Source: Longimicrobiales bacterium (lineage in GTDB: Bacteria; Gemmatimonadota; Gemmatimonadetes; Longimicrobiales; Gaopeijiaceae). Taken from it: a DNA stretch of 64,000 nucleotides. This document shows, one piece after another, positions 49,228-58,972 of the stretch. Where the stretch lies: NCBI GenBank assembly GCA_965238005.1, contig OZ250165.1, positions 3,968,001-4,032,000 of the forward strand. Direction: 5' to 3'. Each line of letters opens with the position of its first letter. Positions within the stretch are counted from its first letter, which is position 1. The position numbers and the translations under genes were made by a program. The notes under the pieces are model-generated. The model was not told the DNA's origin. It saw nothing but the letters and a program-made list of their open reading frames with translations, and did not search any database.

Positions 49228-50478
49228 ATGCTGACGTCGCTTTTGACTCGCAAGCAACTCGTAGCGTGGCCACTCCTGGTCGGGGCCTCTGCGCTAACCC
49301 TCTCCTGCTCGGGAGGAGAGGAGGGACCGCCCGAAGCGTCAGCCTCCCCGCCCGAACCGTCCGCTCCCCCGACGGGGTCCTATGAGGACTTCACCCCGGA
49401 AGAGCTGGTACGGGTTTTCAGTCTCCGCGAAAGCGATGTGCCTGTGCGCGACCTACCCGGGTGGGCTCCCCCGAAGAAGGTGGTCGTCGTGGTTCCCGAG
49501 GAGTGGGATCGACATGAAGAGAGGATGGCGTTCCTACAGCCCGTCGCTCCCGGGGTCGAGCTCATTCCTGTCAGGGACCCGAGGGATGCCATCGAGCAAG
49601 GCGTGCTGGCCGATGCCCAGGCGGTGATCGGAATGGCATGCAGTGCGAATAGCCTCGCGGCGATGGGCCCGGAGATCCACTGGATGCAGTCTGGAAGCGT
49701 GGGAGTAGCGGGATGCTTCCGAAGCGGGAATCCGCCGGTTGACATGAGCCGACTTCTCGGTGAACGGAACATCGTGTCCACCTCGATCCGGGGCATGACC
49801 GCACGCGCTATTGCCCAGCACTCTCTCACCATCATGCTCTCGCTGATCGGCGGCATGGATATCCACGACGAGAGACAGCAGAACCACGTGTGGGGGAGAA
49901 CGCAGACCGACGTGGTGAAGGACAAGAACCTGGATAGGGAGTTCCAGGATCACACGCTCTTGGTCGTCGGGCTCGGGAGTCTCGGCACGGAAGTGGGTCG
50001 ACTCGCTCACGCTCTGGGGATGCGCGTGATCGCGACTCGGAACACCAGCCGCTCCGGACCGGCGTTCGTCGACTACGTGGGCCTCTCGGATGAGATGTAC
50101 GCCCTCGCTGCTGAGGCCGATGTGGTGTTCGCCTCGGTACCCAACACCCCCGACACACAGGAGATGTTCGACGCGGAGTTCTTTGACGCGATGAAAGAGA
50201 CCGCGTATTTCGTCAGCCTCGTGCGCCTTCCGGTCATCAACTGGGACGACTTGAAGGACGCCCTCAGGTCGGGAGGCATCGCGGGTTTCGGGACCGACGA
50301 TTTGCCTCAGAACGACTTCGAGCTGTGGGACATGCCCCGTGTCATCCTGACCCCGCATGTCTCGGACTACTCCAACCGATATCGCGACAACCAGTTCCTT
50401 CTCTACCGCGAGAACCTCCGCCGGTACGTCCTGGGCGAGAGGATGTTGAACGTGGTCGACCTTCAGCGGGGGTACTGA
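49228..50478 (+). CDS. D-2-hydroxyacid dehydrogenase family protein with lipoprotein signal
   Basis: TLSC lipobox; WMQSGSVGV, VVGLGSLG, MKETAYFV and ILTPHVS. Confidence 0.85.
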   Translation: MLTSLLTRKQLVAWPLLVGASALTLSCSGGEEGPPEASASPPEPSAPPTGSYEDFTPEELVRVFSLRESDVPVRDLPGWAPPKKVVVVVPEEWDRHEERMAFLQPVAPGVELIPVRDPRDAIEQGVLADAQAVIGMACSANSLAAMGPEIHWMQSGSVGVAGCFRSGNPPVDMSRLLGERNIVSTSIRGMTARAIAQHSLTIMLSLIGGMDIHDERQQNHVWGRTQTDVVKDKNLDREFQDHTLLVVGLGSLGTEVGRLAHALGMRVIATRNTSRSGPAFVDYVGLSDEMYALAAEADVVFASVPNTPDTQEMFDAEFFDAMKETAYFVSLVRLPVINWDDLKDALRSGGIAGFGTDDLPQNDFELWDMPRVILTPHVSDYSNRYRDNQFLLYRENLRRYVLGERMLNVVDLQRGY

Positions 50479-50511
50479 CGCCCCGGGCCGGATCCCCCGA
50501 GCCTGAGATCG

Positions 50512-52020
50512 GTGAACGAGGTGCCACCCAGGCCCATGCCCCTGGAGCCGGCACCGGGCCCGATTGCCATCGAGGCCCGCTCGGGCCTCGAGCCCTGGCA
50601 GGAAGGGGAGCTTCCCGCCCCGCCCCGGCCGAAGGGGCTGGCCTGGCTCGGTGTGGTAGGCCCGGGCATCATCGTTCTGGGCGCGTCCATCGGAAGCGGC
50701 GAGTTCCTGCTCGGCCCCGCCGCGTTCGTGCAGTACGGCCTGACGCTTCTGTGGGTGACGCTGGTCGCGGCCTTCCTGCAGACCGTCCTGAACACCGAGC
50801 TGATGCGGTGGACGATCGCGACCGGAGAACCGGTGTGCATCGGGTTCATGCGCACGAAGCCGTCGGCCTCCTTCTGGGGGTGGTTCTATGCGGGCCTCTA
50901 CTTTCTCCAGCTCGGGTGGCCGGGATGGGCCGGCGCCGCAGCGGGCGCGGTCTTCTTCCTCTTCGCCCGAGATCTGGCTGGTCCGGAGCACGCCAGCGTG
51001 GTGTACTGGATCGGTGTCGGCACGTTCGCCGTATGCGTCGCGATCCTCCTGTTCGGGAAACGTATCGAGCGTACGCTCGAGATCCTGAACTGGATCCTCG
51101 TCACGGTCATCCTGGGCAGCTTCCTCGTACTGGCCCTGATATTCGTGTCCCCCGAAACCTGGTTCGCGGGGCTCACCGGTCTGGTCGGCTACGACCCGGC
51201 GACCACCAGCTTCCGTCTGATGCCGAGTGGTGTGGACTTCTTCCTGATCGGGGCGTTTGCGGCCTACTCGGGCGCCGGCGGTGTCACCAACCTGACGTTG
51301 TCCAACTGGGCGCGAGACAAGGGCTACGGTATGGGAGGCCTGGTGGGCTACATCCCCGCGGCCGTCGGCGGGAAAAAGGTGGAGCTCGCTCATACGGGTT
51401 ACACCTTCCCCGTCACTCCCGAGTCGATGCAGCGGTGGCGCGGGTGGTGGCGTATCGTGAGGGCCGACCAGTGGGGTGTGTACTTCGTCGGCGCGGTCCT
51501 GGGGATGTTCCTCCCGGCCCTGCTCTACGTCACGTTCATCGAGGCCGGAACCGACATCCGGGGCCTGTCGGTGGCGGCCGCCCTAGCGGACGCCATGGTG
51601 ACCCGGGCAGGGGCGCTCTACGGCGGCGTGGTCGCACTCCTGGCCGTCTGGGTTCTGTTCAAGACACAGCTCGACGTCCTCGACGGAATGACCCGGGCAG
51701 TGACCGACCTGCTCTGGACGGGGAGCAAGCGCATCCGTGCTTGGAGGGGCGGCGACGTCAGGGTGGTCTACTACGGCGTGCTGGCCGTGATCACGCTCTG
51801 GGGCATCCTCGCCCTCAGGCTCGCCCAGCCGATCGTGCTCCTGCAGTTGGGCGCGAACATGGCAGGGATCGTCTTCGTGGTGTCGTCCCTGCACCTGCTG
51901 TACATCAACACGCGACTCCTGCCCGAGGCCCTGAGGCCGCCTGTGTGGCGGCGAGCGTGTCTCGTGGCCACGTCGCTCTTCTACGGCGCGTTCGTGATTC
52001 TGTGGCTGCGGGGGCTGTAG
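50512..52020 (+). CDS. Nramp-like (APC superfamily) transporter
   Basis: GPGIIVLGASIGSGEF, RWTIATGE and WARDKGYGMG; about 11 TM segments. Confidence 0.85.
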   Translation: MNEVPPRPMPLEPAPGPIAIEARSGLEPWQEGELPAPPRPKGLAWLGVVGPGIIVLGASIGSGEFLLGPAAFVQYGLTLLWVTLVAAFLQTVLNTELMRWTIATGEPVCIGFMRTKPSASFWGWFYAGLYFLQLGWPGWAGAAAGAVFFLFARDLAGPEHASVVYWIGVGTFAVCVAILLFGKRIERTLEILNWILVTVILGSFLVLALIFVSPETWFAGLTGLVGYDPATTSFRLMPSGVDFFLIGAFAAYSGAGGVTNLTLSNWARDKGYGMGGLVGYIPAAVGGKKVELAHTGYTFPVTPESMQRWRGWWRIVRADQWGVYFVGAVLGMFLPALLYVTFIEAGTDIRGLSVAAALADAMVTRAGALYGGVVALLAVWVLFKTQLDVLDGMTRAVTDLLWTGSKRIRAWRGGDVRVVYYGVLAVITLWGILALRLAQPIVLLQLGANMAGIVFVVSSLHLLYINTRLLPEALRPPVWRRACLVATSLFYGAFVILWLRGL

Positions 52021-52199
52021 GGATCGGCCCTGGAGCCATGGGGCCACACCTCCGTATTTCCTACGATTCGGTGGTTTTCGACTAGCGCACAATCGTTATT
52101 ATGGTCGAAGCGTGGTCGTGAGCGCTTGAACGGGCGGCCGACGATCGCTTCCAGAGCGGTTGAACCGGCCATCGACGATTTCTTCCAACGGAGATCGGA

Positions 52200-53987
52200 A
52201 TGAACACCGTTACAACGACTCGTAGAAGATTTCTCTCCTATTTCTCCGGGGTCGGCCTGACCTCCACCCTGCTGCCCGGTACCCTCTGGGCCCAGATGCA
52301 GGAGCAGCAGGCACAGGAAGTGACTCCGGAGATGATCCGTGAGGCCGGGACGCTCTCGGGGCTCGAGCTCACCGAGGAGCAGGCCGACGAGATGGCGCAA
52401 GGGGTCAATCGCAATCTCCGGGGCTACGCCGAGCTCCACGAGTACGAACTACACAACAGCGTGGCTCCGCCGCTCTACTTCAGTGCCGTCGTCCCGGGTA
52501 CGGAGATCGACCGGTCCGAGAGGCCCTTCCGCGTGAGCTCCGCATCGGGGCTGAGGAGGCCGGCCGATCTCGAAGAGGTCGCCTTCTGGCCGCTGACCGG
52601 GTTGGCCGAGTTGATCAGAACGCGGCAGGTGAGCTCGGTGGAGTTGACCGAGATGTATCTGGGCCGTTTGAAGCGCTACAACCCGAAGTTCAACAACGTC
52701 GTCACCTTCACGGACGATTTGGCGACTGAGGAAGCGCGACGTGCCGATATGGAGATCCGAAGTGGTCAGTACCGGGGCCCTCTACACGGACTTCCCTGGG
52801 GAGCCAAAGACATCCTCTCCGTACGTGGATATCCGACCACGTGGGGCTCCAATGCGTTCAAGGATCAGGAGACGGACTACGAGGCGACGGTGGTGAGGCT
52901 GTTGCGAGAGGCGGGAGCCGTGCTGATCGCCAAGCTCACTACGGGTGAGCTGGCCGGCGGAGATCGCTGGTTTGGCGGGAGGACCAGAAATCCGTGGGAC
53001 TCGACCAAGGGTTCGAGTGGGTCGTCGGCCGGACCGGCTTCAGCGACTGTTGCCGGCTGTGTCGCGTTCGCCATCGGGACCGAAACGAGCGGCTCCATCC
53101 TCAGTCCGTCCGTCGCGTGTGGAGCGACGGGCCTGCGCCCGACCTACGGGCGAGTCAGTCGTTTCGGGGCGATGACCCTGAGATGGACGGGGGACCGGCT
53201 GGGTCCCATCTGCCGCACCGTCGAGGACTGCGCGATCGTGTTCAAGGCGATCGCCCGTCCGGACGATCAGGACGCGAGCGTTCTGGACGTCCCCTTCAAC
53301 TGGGACGCCGAGCTCGACGTGTCGCGGTTCCGCGTGGCGTACTTCCAGGACGCCTTTGAGGACGACGCCGACAAGGGAGCCGACTGGGCGGCAAACGATC
53401 AGCGGAGTCTGGATCAACTCCGTTCGATGGGGATCGCGCTCATCGCCATGGACGTGCCGCTCCGTGACTTCCCGACGGAGGGGCTTCGGCCGCTCTCGGC
53501 GGAGTCGGCGGCGGCATTCGACGACTTCCTCCGCAGCGGACGCGAGCAAGAGCTGTCGAGACCTGGGCGAGCCACCGGATGGAGGGTCAATCAGACGGTC
53601 CCGGCGGTGGCCTACCTCCGCGCCCAGCAGGTGCGCGGCATCATGATGCGGCGATTGGACGATGCGCTCGGAGACTTCGACGTCTACGTGATCCCTTACG
53701 GGGACTCGCGCTCCAGGCTGGCGGAACCCCCACCGGAGAGAGCAGGCGGTGGAGGTGGCGGGGGCGGTCCGCCTCCTCCGAGATCCGCGACGTCGCAGTT
53801 CTTCCAGCTCGCGAACCACGCGTGTCTACCCGCGGTGGCCGTGCGCAACGGGTTCGGGGAAGACGGCCTCCCAACTGGCATCATTTTCGTCGGGAAGCCG
53901 TTCAGCGAAACCAAGTTGCTCTCGCTCGCCAAGGCCTACCAGGATTCGACCGGCTTCCACAGGAGAGTTCCGGACCTGGAGGCGTAG
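52200..53987 (+). CDS. Amidase signature family protein, Tat-exported
   Basis: TRRRFL Tat motif; LHGLPWGAKD, GSSGSSAG and GTETSGS. Confidence 0.93.
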   Translation: MNTVTTTRRRFLSYFSGVGLTSTLLPGTLWAQMQEQQAQEVTPEMIREAGTLSGLELTEEQADEMAQGVNRNLRGYAELHEYELHNSVAPPLYFSAVVPGTEIDRSERPFRVSSASGLRRPADLEEVAFWPLTGLAELIRTRQVSSVELTEMYLGRLKRYNPKFNNVVTFTDDLATEEARRADMEIRSGQYRGPLHGLPWGAKDILSVRGYPTTWGSNAFKDQETDYEATVVRLLREAGAVLIAKLTTGELAGGDRWFGGRTRNPWDSTKGSSGSSAGPASATVAGCVAFAIGTETSGSILSPSVACGATGLRPTYGRVSRFGAMTLRWTGDRLGPICRTVEDCAIVFKAIARPDDQDASVLDVPFNWDAELDVSRFRVAYFQDAFEDDADKGADWAANDQRSLDQLRSMGIALIAMDVPLRDFPTEGLRPLSAESAAAFDDFLRSGREQELSRPGRATGWRVNQTVPAVAYLRAQQVRGIMMRRLDDALGDFDVYVIPYGDSRSRLAEPPPERAGGGGGGGGPPPPRSATSQFFQLANHACLPAVAVRNGFGEDGLPTGIIFVGKPFSETKLLSLAKAYQDSTGFHRRVPDLEA

Positions 53988-54114
53988 GGAGCTGTGAGCG
54001 TCTTTCGCGCTGCTTGCGCCCTCGCTCACCGGCGCTAATGGTACGACCTCGGTCACCGGAGGGCCTTCGGTTCCATCCCCTCGAGGTGGTCCGACCTACG
54101 CGAACCGACTGGAG

Positions 54115-55302
54115 GTGAACGTGTTGTCGCCAGGAACAGGTTGTCCGTCGAGAGCGTCCTCACTCCGCGTCTTCTCCTGCATTGCCATGCTGGCGACTAC
54201 CGCCTGTGCCGGACCCGATACCGGCGCCGCGGGCGCCACCGGCGGAAGCATCGAAGCCGATCACTTCGTGCCCTCGCGCCCCGAGACGGTGAGCTGGGGC
54301 TGGTATCCCATCGACAAGGAGCCCGTGCTCACGATCCAGTCCGGAGAAACCGTCCGCATCAACACGGTGACCCACGCCGGCGCCACCCAGCGAGCCGAGC
54401 CGGTGGAGTACCTCACCAAACTCGGCATACCGCGCGAAGAGATCCATCAGGACGTGCTGGATTTCTGGGCGTCGAGAGATGGGCGACCCCGGGAGGGGCG
54501 GAGCGGCCACGTCATCACGGGGCCGATCTATATCGAGGGAGCCGAGCCGGGCGACATGCTCGAGGTGCAGATTCTCGCGGTCGAGACCCGCGTGCCTTGG
54601 GGGATCAACAACACGAGCTCCGGCGGCGGCGTATTCTCGTCCGGCTATCCTGGAGTCGAAGCCGACGACGACCCACTGGACATCGCGCCGGGAACGCGAC
54701 ACGTGATTCGTACCGGCATGGTCGACGGCCGTGAGGTCGCGTTCTTCTCGCCCGACATCCAGGTGCCGCTGGCGCCCTTCATGGGGATCCTGGCGGTTGC
54801 GCCCGACCCCGTGGTGGGCGAGCCCGGCGTGACCGTGCCCGGCGTCCAGAGCTCGAGGCCCCCGGGTGCTTTCGGCGGCAACATGGACGTGAAGGACCTC
54901 AAGGCCGGCACGACCCTCTACCTTCCTGTCTTCCAGCCGGGAGCGCTCTTCTACACGGGCGACCCGCACGGCGCCCAGGGTGACGGCGAGGTGAGCGGAA
55001 CCGCCATCGAGCAGTCCCTCGCCGGGGTTTTCCGCTTCGTCGTGCACAAGGGCGTGGAGATATCGGGCCCACGCGCCGAGACGGACACGCACTACATGAT
55101 CATGGGAATCGACCTCGATCTCGATCGCGCCACGCGGCACGCGACCTGGGAGGTCGTCGACTTCCTGGTGAAGGAGAAAGGGCTGACACCCGCCAAGGCG
55201 CTCTCGCTCGCCAGCATCGCTGTGGACTTCCGAGTGAGCGAGGTGGTCGACCTCACGCAAGTCGTCACGGGCTTCATCCCGAAGGATATCTTTCTTCGGT
55301 AG
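54115..55302 (+). CDS. Acetamidase/formamidase family protein (probable lipoprotein)
   Basis: GHVITGPIYIEGAEPGD, GGNMD and GDPHGAQGDGEVSGTAIE; TTAC lipobox-like motif. Confidence 0.92.
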   Translation: MNVLSPGTGCPSRASSLRVFSCIAMLATTACAGPDTGAAGATGGSIEADHFVPSRPETVSWGWYPIDKEPVLTIQSGETVRINTVTHAGATQRAEPVEYLTKLGIPREEIHQDVLDFWASRDGRPREGRSGHVITGPIYIEGAEPGDMLEVQILAVETRVPWGINNTSSGGGVFSSGYPGVEADDDPLDIAPGTRHVIRTGMVDGREVAFFSPDIQVPLAPFMGILAVAPDPVVGEPGVTVPGVQSSRPPGAFGGNMDVKDLKAGTTLYLPVFQPGALFYTGDPHGAQGDGEVSGTAIEQSLAGVFRFVVHKGVEISGPRAETDTHYMIMGIDLDLDRATRHATWEVVDFLVKEKGLTPAKALSLASIAVDFRVSEVVDLTQVVTGFIPKDIFLR

Positions 55303-55528
55303 GCGCTGAGATCCTTCTTGGACATGAACCTCGTACGTATACTCACGGTATAGAGATACGTATACCTCTCCGAAGAGGAAGCCGTTCCAATAAGATCGCG
55401 CCAAAGGGAAGAAGCCTTCTCGCTAGGGCGTCGGGATCAGGTTGTCAGGGCGGACTACAACCGCGACATTCGTCCCGCTTGACATTCCGGTTACCACGAA
55501 CAGCAGCACGACCCCTGAGGAGCGGCCC

Positions 55529-56041
55529 GTGAACCTGGACGAGGTCCAGGCCGTGATCGACAGCGCCAAGGCGCGAGGCACGGCGGTACTGGAGAAGTAC
55601 GTTCGGGACAGAATGCCCGACGCTTCGGAACAGGAGGTCCAGGATGCCGCCGAAGTCGCGCTGGAGATCATCGAGACGGTGCCCATCTTCCTCGCCACCG
55701 CCGCCCAGGAGGCCGAGGAGCGCCATGTCACTCCGGTCGTGCAGCCCCTGCTGGATCGGGCGGTCCGCTACTTCCTCCACCCCGTCGACATCATACCCGA
55801 AATGACCCTGGGATTGGCCGGGCTCTTGGATGACACCTATCTGGTCCTTCGCATCCTCCAGTTGCTCGAGCAGGGACCCCAGCCCCTCGTGGAGTGGGAT
55901 CTGGATCACCCGACGACCTTCATCCGCAAGCTGCTCGGCGAACAGGTAGGCCAGCAGCTCGACGCCATGTCGGCCATCGCGTTCGAGGAGGTGGCTGGAG
56001 CCGCCGGTCGGTTCTGGCACACGGAGCCGCTCGACGCCTAG
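55529..56041 (+). CDS. YkvA/DUF1232-like protein
   Basis: YFLHPVDIIPE...GLLDD; GAGGAG RBS and GTG start. Confidence 0.8.
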   Translation: MNLDEVQAVIDSAKARGTAVLEKYVRDRMPDASEQEVQDAAEVALEIIETVPIFLATAAQEAEERHVTPVVQPLLDRAVRYFLHPVDIIPEMTLGLAGLLDDTYLVLRILQLLEQGPQPLVEWDLDHPTTFIRKLLGEQVGQQLDAMSAIAFEEVAGAAGRFWHTEPLDA

Positions 56042-56068
56042 CACACCCGAATCATCAAGGAGGGGACG

Positions 56069-57115
56069 ATGCGCATCGTGCATCTGATTCCACTCGGAGC
56101 CCTGGTGCTGGGGCTCTCCGCCGACGCCCTGACGGCCCAAATGGTCCAGGAGATCGGGATTGCCGAGTGGGAGGTACCTTGGGAAAACAGCCGTCCGCGC
56201 GATCCGTACGTGGCCCCCGACGGCAAGATCTGGTTCGTGGGCCAGCGCAGCCACTACGCCGCCTGGCTGGACCGGGAGACCGGGGAATTCAAGCGGTTCC
56301 CCCTCGACGAGGGCACCGGTCCCCACAACCTGATCGTAGACGACGACGGAACCGTGTTCTACGCGGGAAACCGGGTGCGGCATATCGGAAAGCTCGACCC
56401 GGAGACCGGTGACATCGAGAAGTTCTGGATGCCCGACGAGGCGGCGCGCGATCCACACACCCTGGTCTTCGGTGGGGACGACGACCTGTGGTTCACGGTC
56501 CAGGGCGGCAACTTCGTCGGACATTTCGCCCGCGGGACCGGCGACATGCACCTCGTGAAGGCACCGGCGGTCACGAGTGGCAGGGGCTCGTCCAGTCGTC
56601 CCTACGGGATCAAGATGGACGCGAAGAACCACCCGTGGATCGCACTGTTCAACACGAACAAGATCGCCACTGTGGATCCGGAGACGATGGAGCTCACCTC
56701 CTTCGACCTCCCCGACGAGCGCACGCGACCGCGCCGCCTCGTCGTCGACTCCAACGACATCGTCTGGTATGTGGACTACAGCCTCGGCCGGCTGGGTCGG
56801 CTGGACCCCCGGACGGGAGACATCAAGGAGTGGGACACCCCGTCAGGGGCGGCGTCGAGGCCTTACGCGGTGGCCATCGACGCATCGGACCGTATCTGGT
56901 TCGTCGAGACGGGAGTGCAGCCCAACAAGTTCGTCGGCTTCGATCCGGCCACTGAGGAGTTCTTCTCCATCACCGAGATCGCAAGCGGCGGGGGCTCGGT
57001 CCGACACATGTTCTACGAAGAGAGCACCAACTCCATCTGGTTCGGATCCGATGCGAACACGATTGGGCAGGCCAAGCTTCCCCCGCTGAGGCCCCGGACG
57101 GCCACCGACCGCTAG
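56069..57115 (+). CDS. Secreted Vgb-family (virginiamycin B lyase-like) beta-propeller
   Basis: RPRDP, GPHNL, DPHTL, RPYGI and RPRRL repeats with IGKLDP.TG. Confidence 0.9.
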   Translation: MRIVHLIPLGALVLGLSADALTAQMVQEIGIAEWEVPWENSRPRDPYVAPDGKIWFVGQRSHYAAWLDRETGEFKRFPLDEGTGPHNLIVDDDGTVFYAGNRVRHIGKLDPETGDIEKFWMPDEAARDPHTLVFGGDDDLWFTVQGGNFVGHFARGTGDMHLVKAPAVTSGRGSSSRPYGIKMDAKNHPWIALFNTNKIATVDPETMELTSFDLPDERTRPRRLVVDSNDIVWYVDYSLGRLGRLDPRTGDIKEWDTPSGAASRPYAVAIDASDRIWFVETGVQPNKFVGFDPATEEFFSITEIASGGGSVRHMFYEESTNSIWFGSDANTIGQAKLPPLRPRTATDR

Positions 57116-57552
57116 CCGGGGCCCTCCTCCACCACCACCGTCCCGTCGGGCTTCACACTCGCAGTCCGACCGCTGACCAGCCTGTGGAAGTCTTCGTCCT
57201 CAAGGGCGACCAGCGGAGGGGCCTTGCCGTACATCTCTTCGGCCACGATGGCCGACAGCGCCAGAAAGGAGTCGGTGCCCGACGTCAGGATGGCCGCGGG
57301 CGCGGTTCCCTGCCGGATGGCCTCCAGCAAGACGGCCGTGGTGGTGCTGGATCCCCGCGTGCCGGGAATGGCCAGAATCCGACCCGCCGCGTTCTCCCCC
57401 GAGAGCGGATGACGGCGATCGATGACCTCTCCGGTGGCGGCGTCGTAGCCGCCCCAGAAGCTCAGCGGCTCGTGGGATACCAGAAGGCTCCCACCGGCCT
57501 CGCCCGGTATCAGGGCGCGCCCCGCCAGCACCATGGCGTCACCTGACGCCAT
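57112..57552 (-). CDS. Aconitase X swivel subunit (DUF126)
   Basis: PLSFWGGYD..TG.VIDRRHPL and RGSSTT. Confidence 0.92.
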   Translation of the reverse strand: MASGDAMVLAGRALIPGEAGGSLLVSHEPLSFWGGYDAATGEVIDRRHPLSGENAAGRILAIPGTRGSSTTTAVLLEAIRQGTAPAAILTSGTDSFLALSAIVAEEMYGKAPPLVALEDEDFHRLVSGRTASVKPDGTVVVEEGPG

Positions 57553-58817
57553 CAGGTGCGCCAGAGGTCGTCGTCGCGGATCACCCGACCCTGGACCGCA
57601 GACTCCACACAGTCGCTAGTGGAGCCGAAGACCATGGCCCGGCCAAGGAGTCCCGGCGCGTAGTAGGCGTACTTCGCCGAGTTGGTCATGAGGATCTCGA
57701 TCTCGGACGGCAGCATGGGCGTGGTCAGGATACAGGTATCCACCGTCACGTCCCCCCCGAAGTCGTGGAGAGGGTCCAGGAGTCCCGCTTCCTGGGCGAT
57801 GAGCTTCACACCCCGCCCCGTCGTGACCAGGAAGCGCACGCCAGGGTGTCGGCTACGTCCTTCGAGGAGGGGAGCCAGCACCCTGAACTCCTCTAGTGAG
57901 AAATGAGGAGAGCCAAGGACCACCATGTCCAGGCGCTCGCCTTCGGAAGTGGAGAGCTCGTCCCGGGCGGCCCGGAGCTCCCCCATGCCCACGTCGCGAG
58001 TCTCCTCGGCATCCCTCCCCTGAAGGGCCTCCTCCAGGCTCGGCGCCTCGGGCGTGACGCCCACCCAGTGAAAGAGGGCCACCGCCCCCGACGACGCGGC
58101 GGCGGCGGCGAGGGCCTTGAGCTGGTCCTCCGAGGGCGTCACGTCAAGCCCGTCCAGCACGGTGACGCGATCGCCGGCCAGCTTGCCCACCAGATGCCCC
58201 AGGACCGGGTAGAGCTCGTCGGAGGCCAGTAGCGCAGGTGGGATGTCGTGGAAGCGGAAGAGCACCTGCCCCGCCCGGTTCTCGGTCAGATGCAGCCCCA
58301 CGGCGGGCACGCGCCCGGTGATGGCGGCGCAGATGTCGAGAAGGTCCGGATAGCGCTCGGTCCGGGCCCCCAGGACCGAGTTGGCGAACACGATGGCGCT
58401 GGACTCGCCCCAGGCGATCTGGTCTCCGAAGGCGGGCCGCGCCTCGGTCTGGTACGGAGCGCACGTCCAGGATGGGATGCATCCCATGCTCTGATAGGCA
58501 ACCATCTGCCGGCGGGCCTTCTCGGCCCATCCGGGGGGCACCGCCCAGCGTTCCCATCCGTGAGGATCGACGCCGGCCACGTTGAGGGTTGCCGGCACGA
58601 CGACCTTGGCGCCCAGACCGGCGAGGCGTTCGGCATACTCCAGGGTGGCGTCCCCCATGTATAGGGCGCTGTCGATGTGCGCGGCCGTCACCGGAATGAG
58701 CCGCTCCGCCCCCTGCACTTCGGCCGTGCGCACCAGGATGGACATGGCCATGCGGGCCCCCTCGCCCTCCTCGCCCTCCAGGAGGGTCCGATCCGACGCG
58801 GTGAGCTCGAGTGTCAT
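57552..58817 (-). CDS. Aconitase X catalytic subunit (DUF521)
   Basis: AHID, TCAPY, AWGESSA...NSVLGART, GSPH, DTC and TNSAKYAYY. Confidence 0.93.
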   Translation of the reverse strand: MTLELTASDRTLLEGEEGEGARMAMSILVRTAEVQGAERLIPVTAAHIDSALYMGDATLEYAERLAGLGAKVVVPATLNVAGVDPHGWERWAVPPGWAEKARRQMVAYQSMGCIPSWTCAPYQTEARPAFGDQIAWGESSAIVFANSVLGARTERYPDLLDICAAITGRVPAVGLHLTENRAGQVLFRFHDIPPALLASDELYPVLGHLVGKLAGDRVTVLDGLDVTPSEDQLKALAAAAASSGAVALFHWVGVTPEAPSLEEALQGRDAEETRDVGMGELRAARDELSTSEGERLDMVVLGSPHFSLEEFRVLAPLLEGRSRHPGVRFLVTTGRGVKLIAQEAGLLDPLHDFGGDVTVDTCILTTPMLPSEIEILMTNSAKYAYYAPGLLGRAMVFGSTSDCVESAVQGRVIRDDDLWRT

Positions 58818-58972
58818 GGCACCAGACTATGAGTCCGCACGGGTCGAGAGCAACCCCCCGCCCTTGTCGACGGCCGTCTTCGAGATCGCCAGCCAACGCC
58901 CACAGTTTGCGCAACGTCCGCCCGCCCCCACCTTGAGCGGCGTCCACCCGGCGACGGCACGTAGGAGGCTGC

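Noticed and set aside
56069..57115. Bona fide streptogramin B resistance gene (vgb)
   Set aside because: Belongs to the broad secreted Vgb-like propeller family; nothing in the sequence supports antibiotic specificity or mobility.
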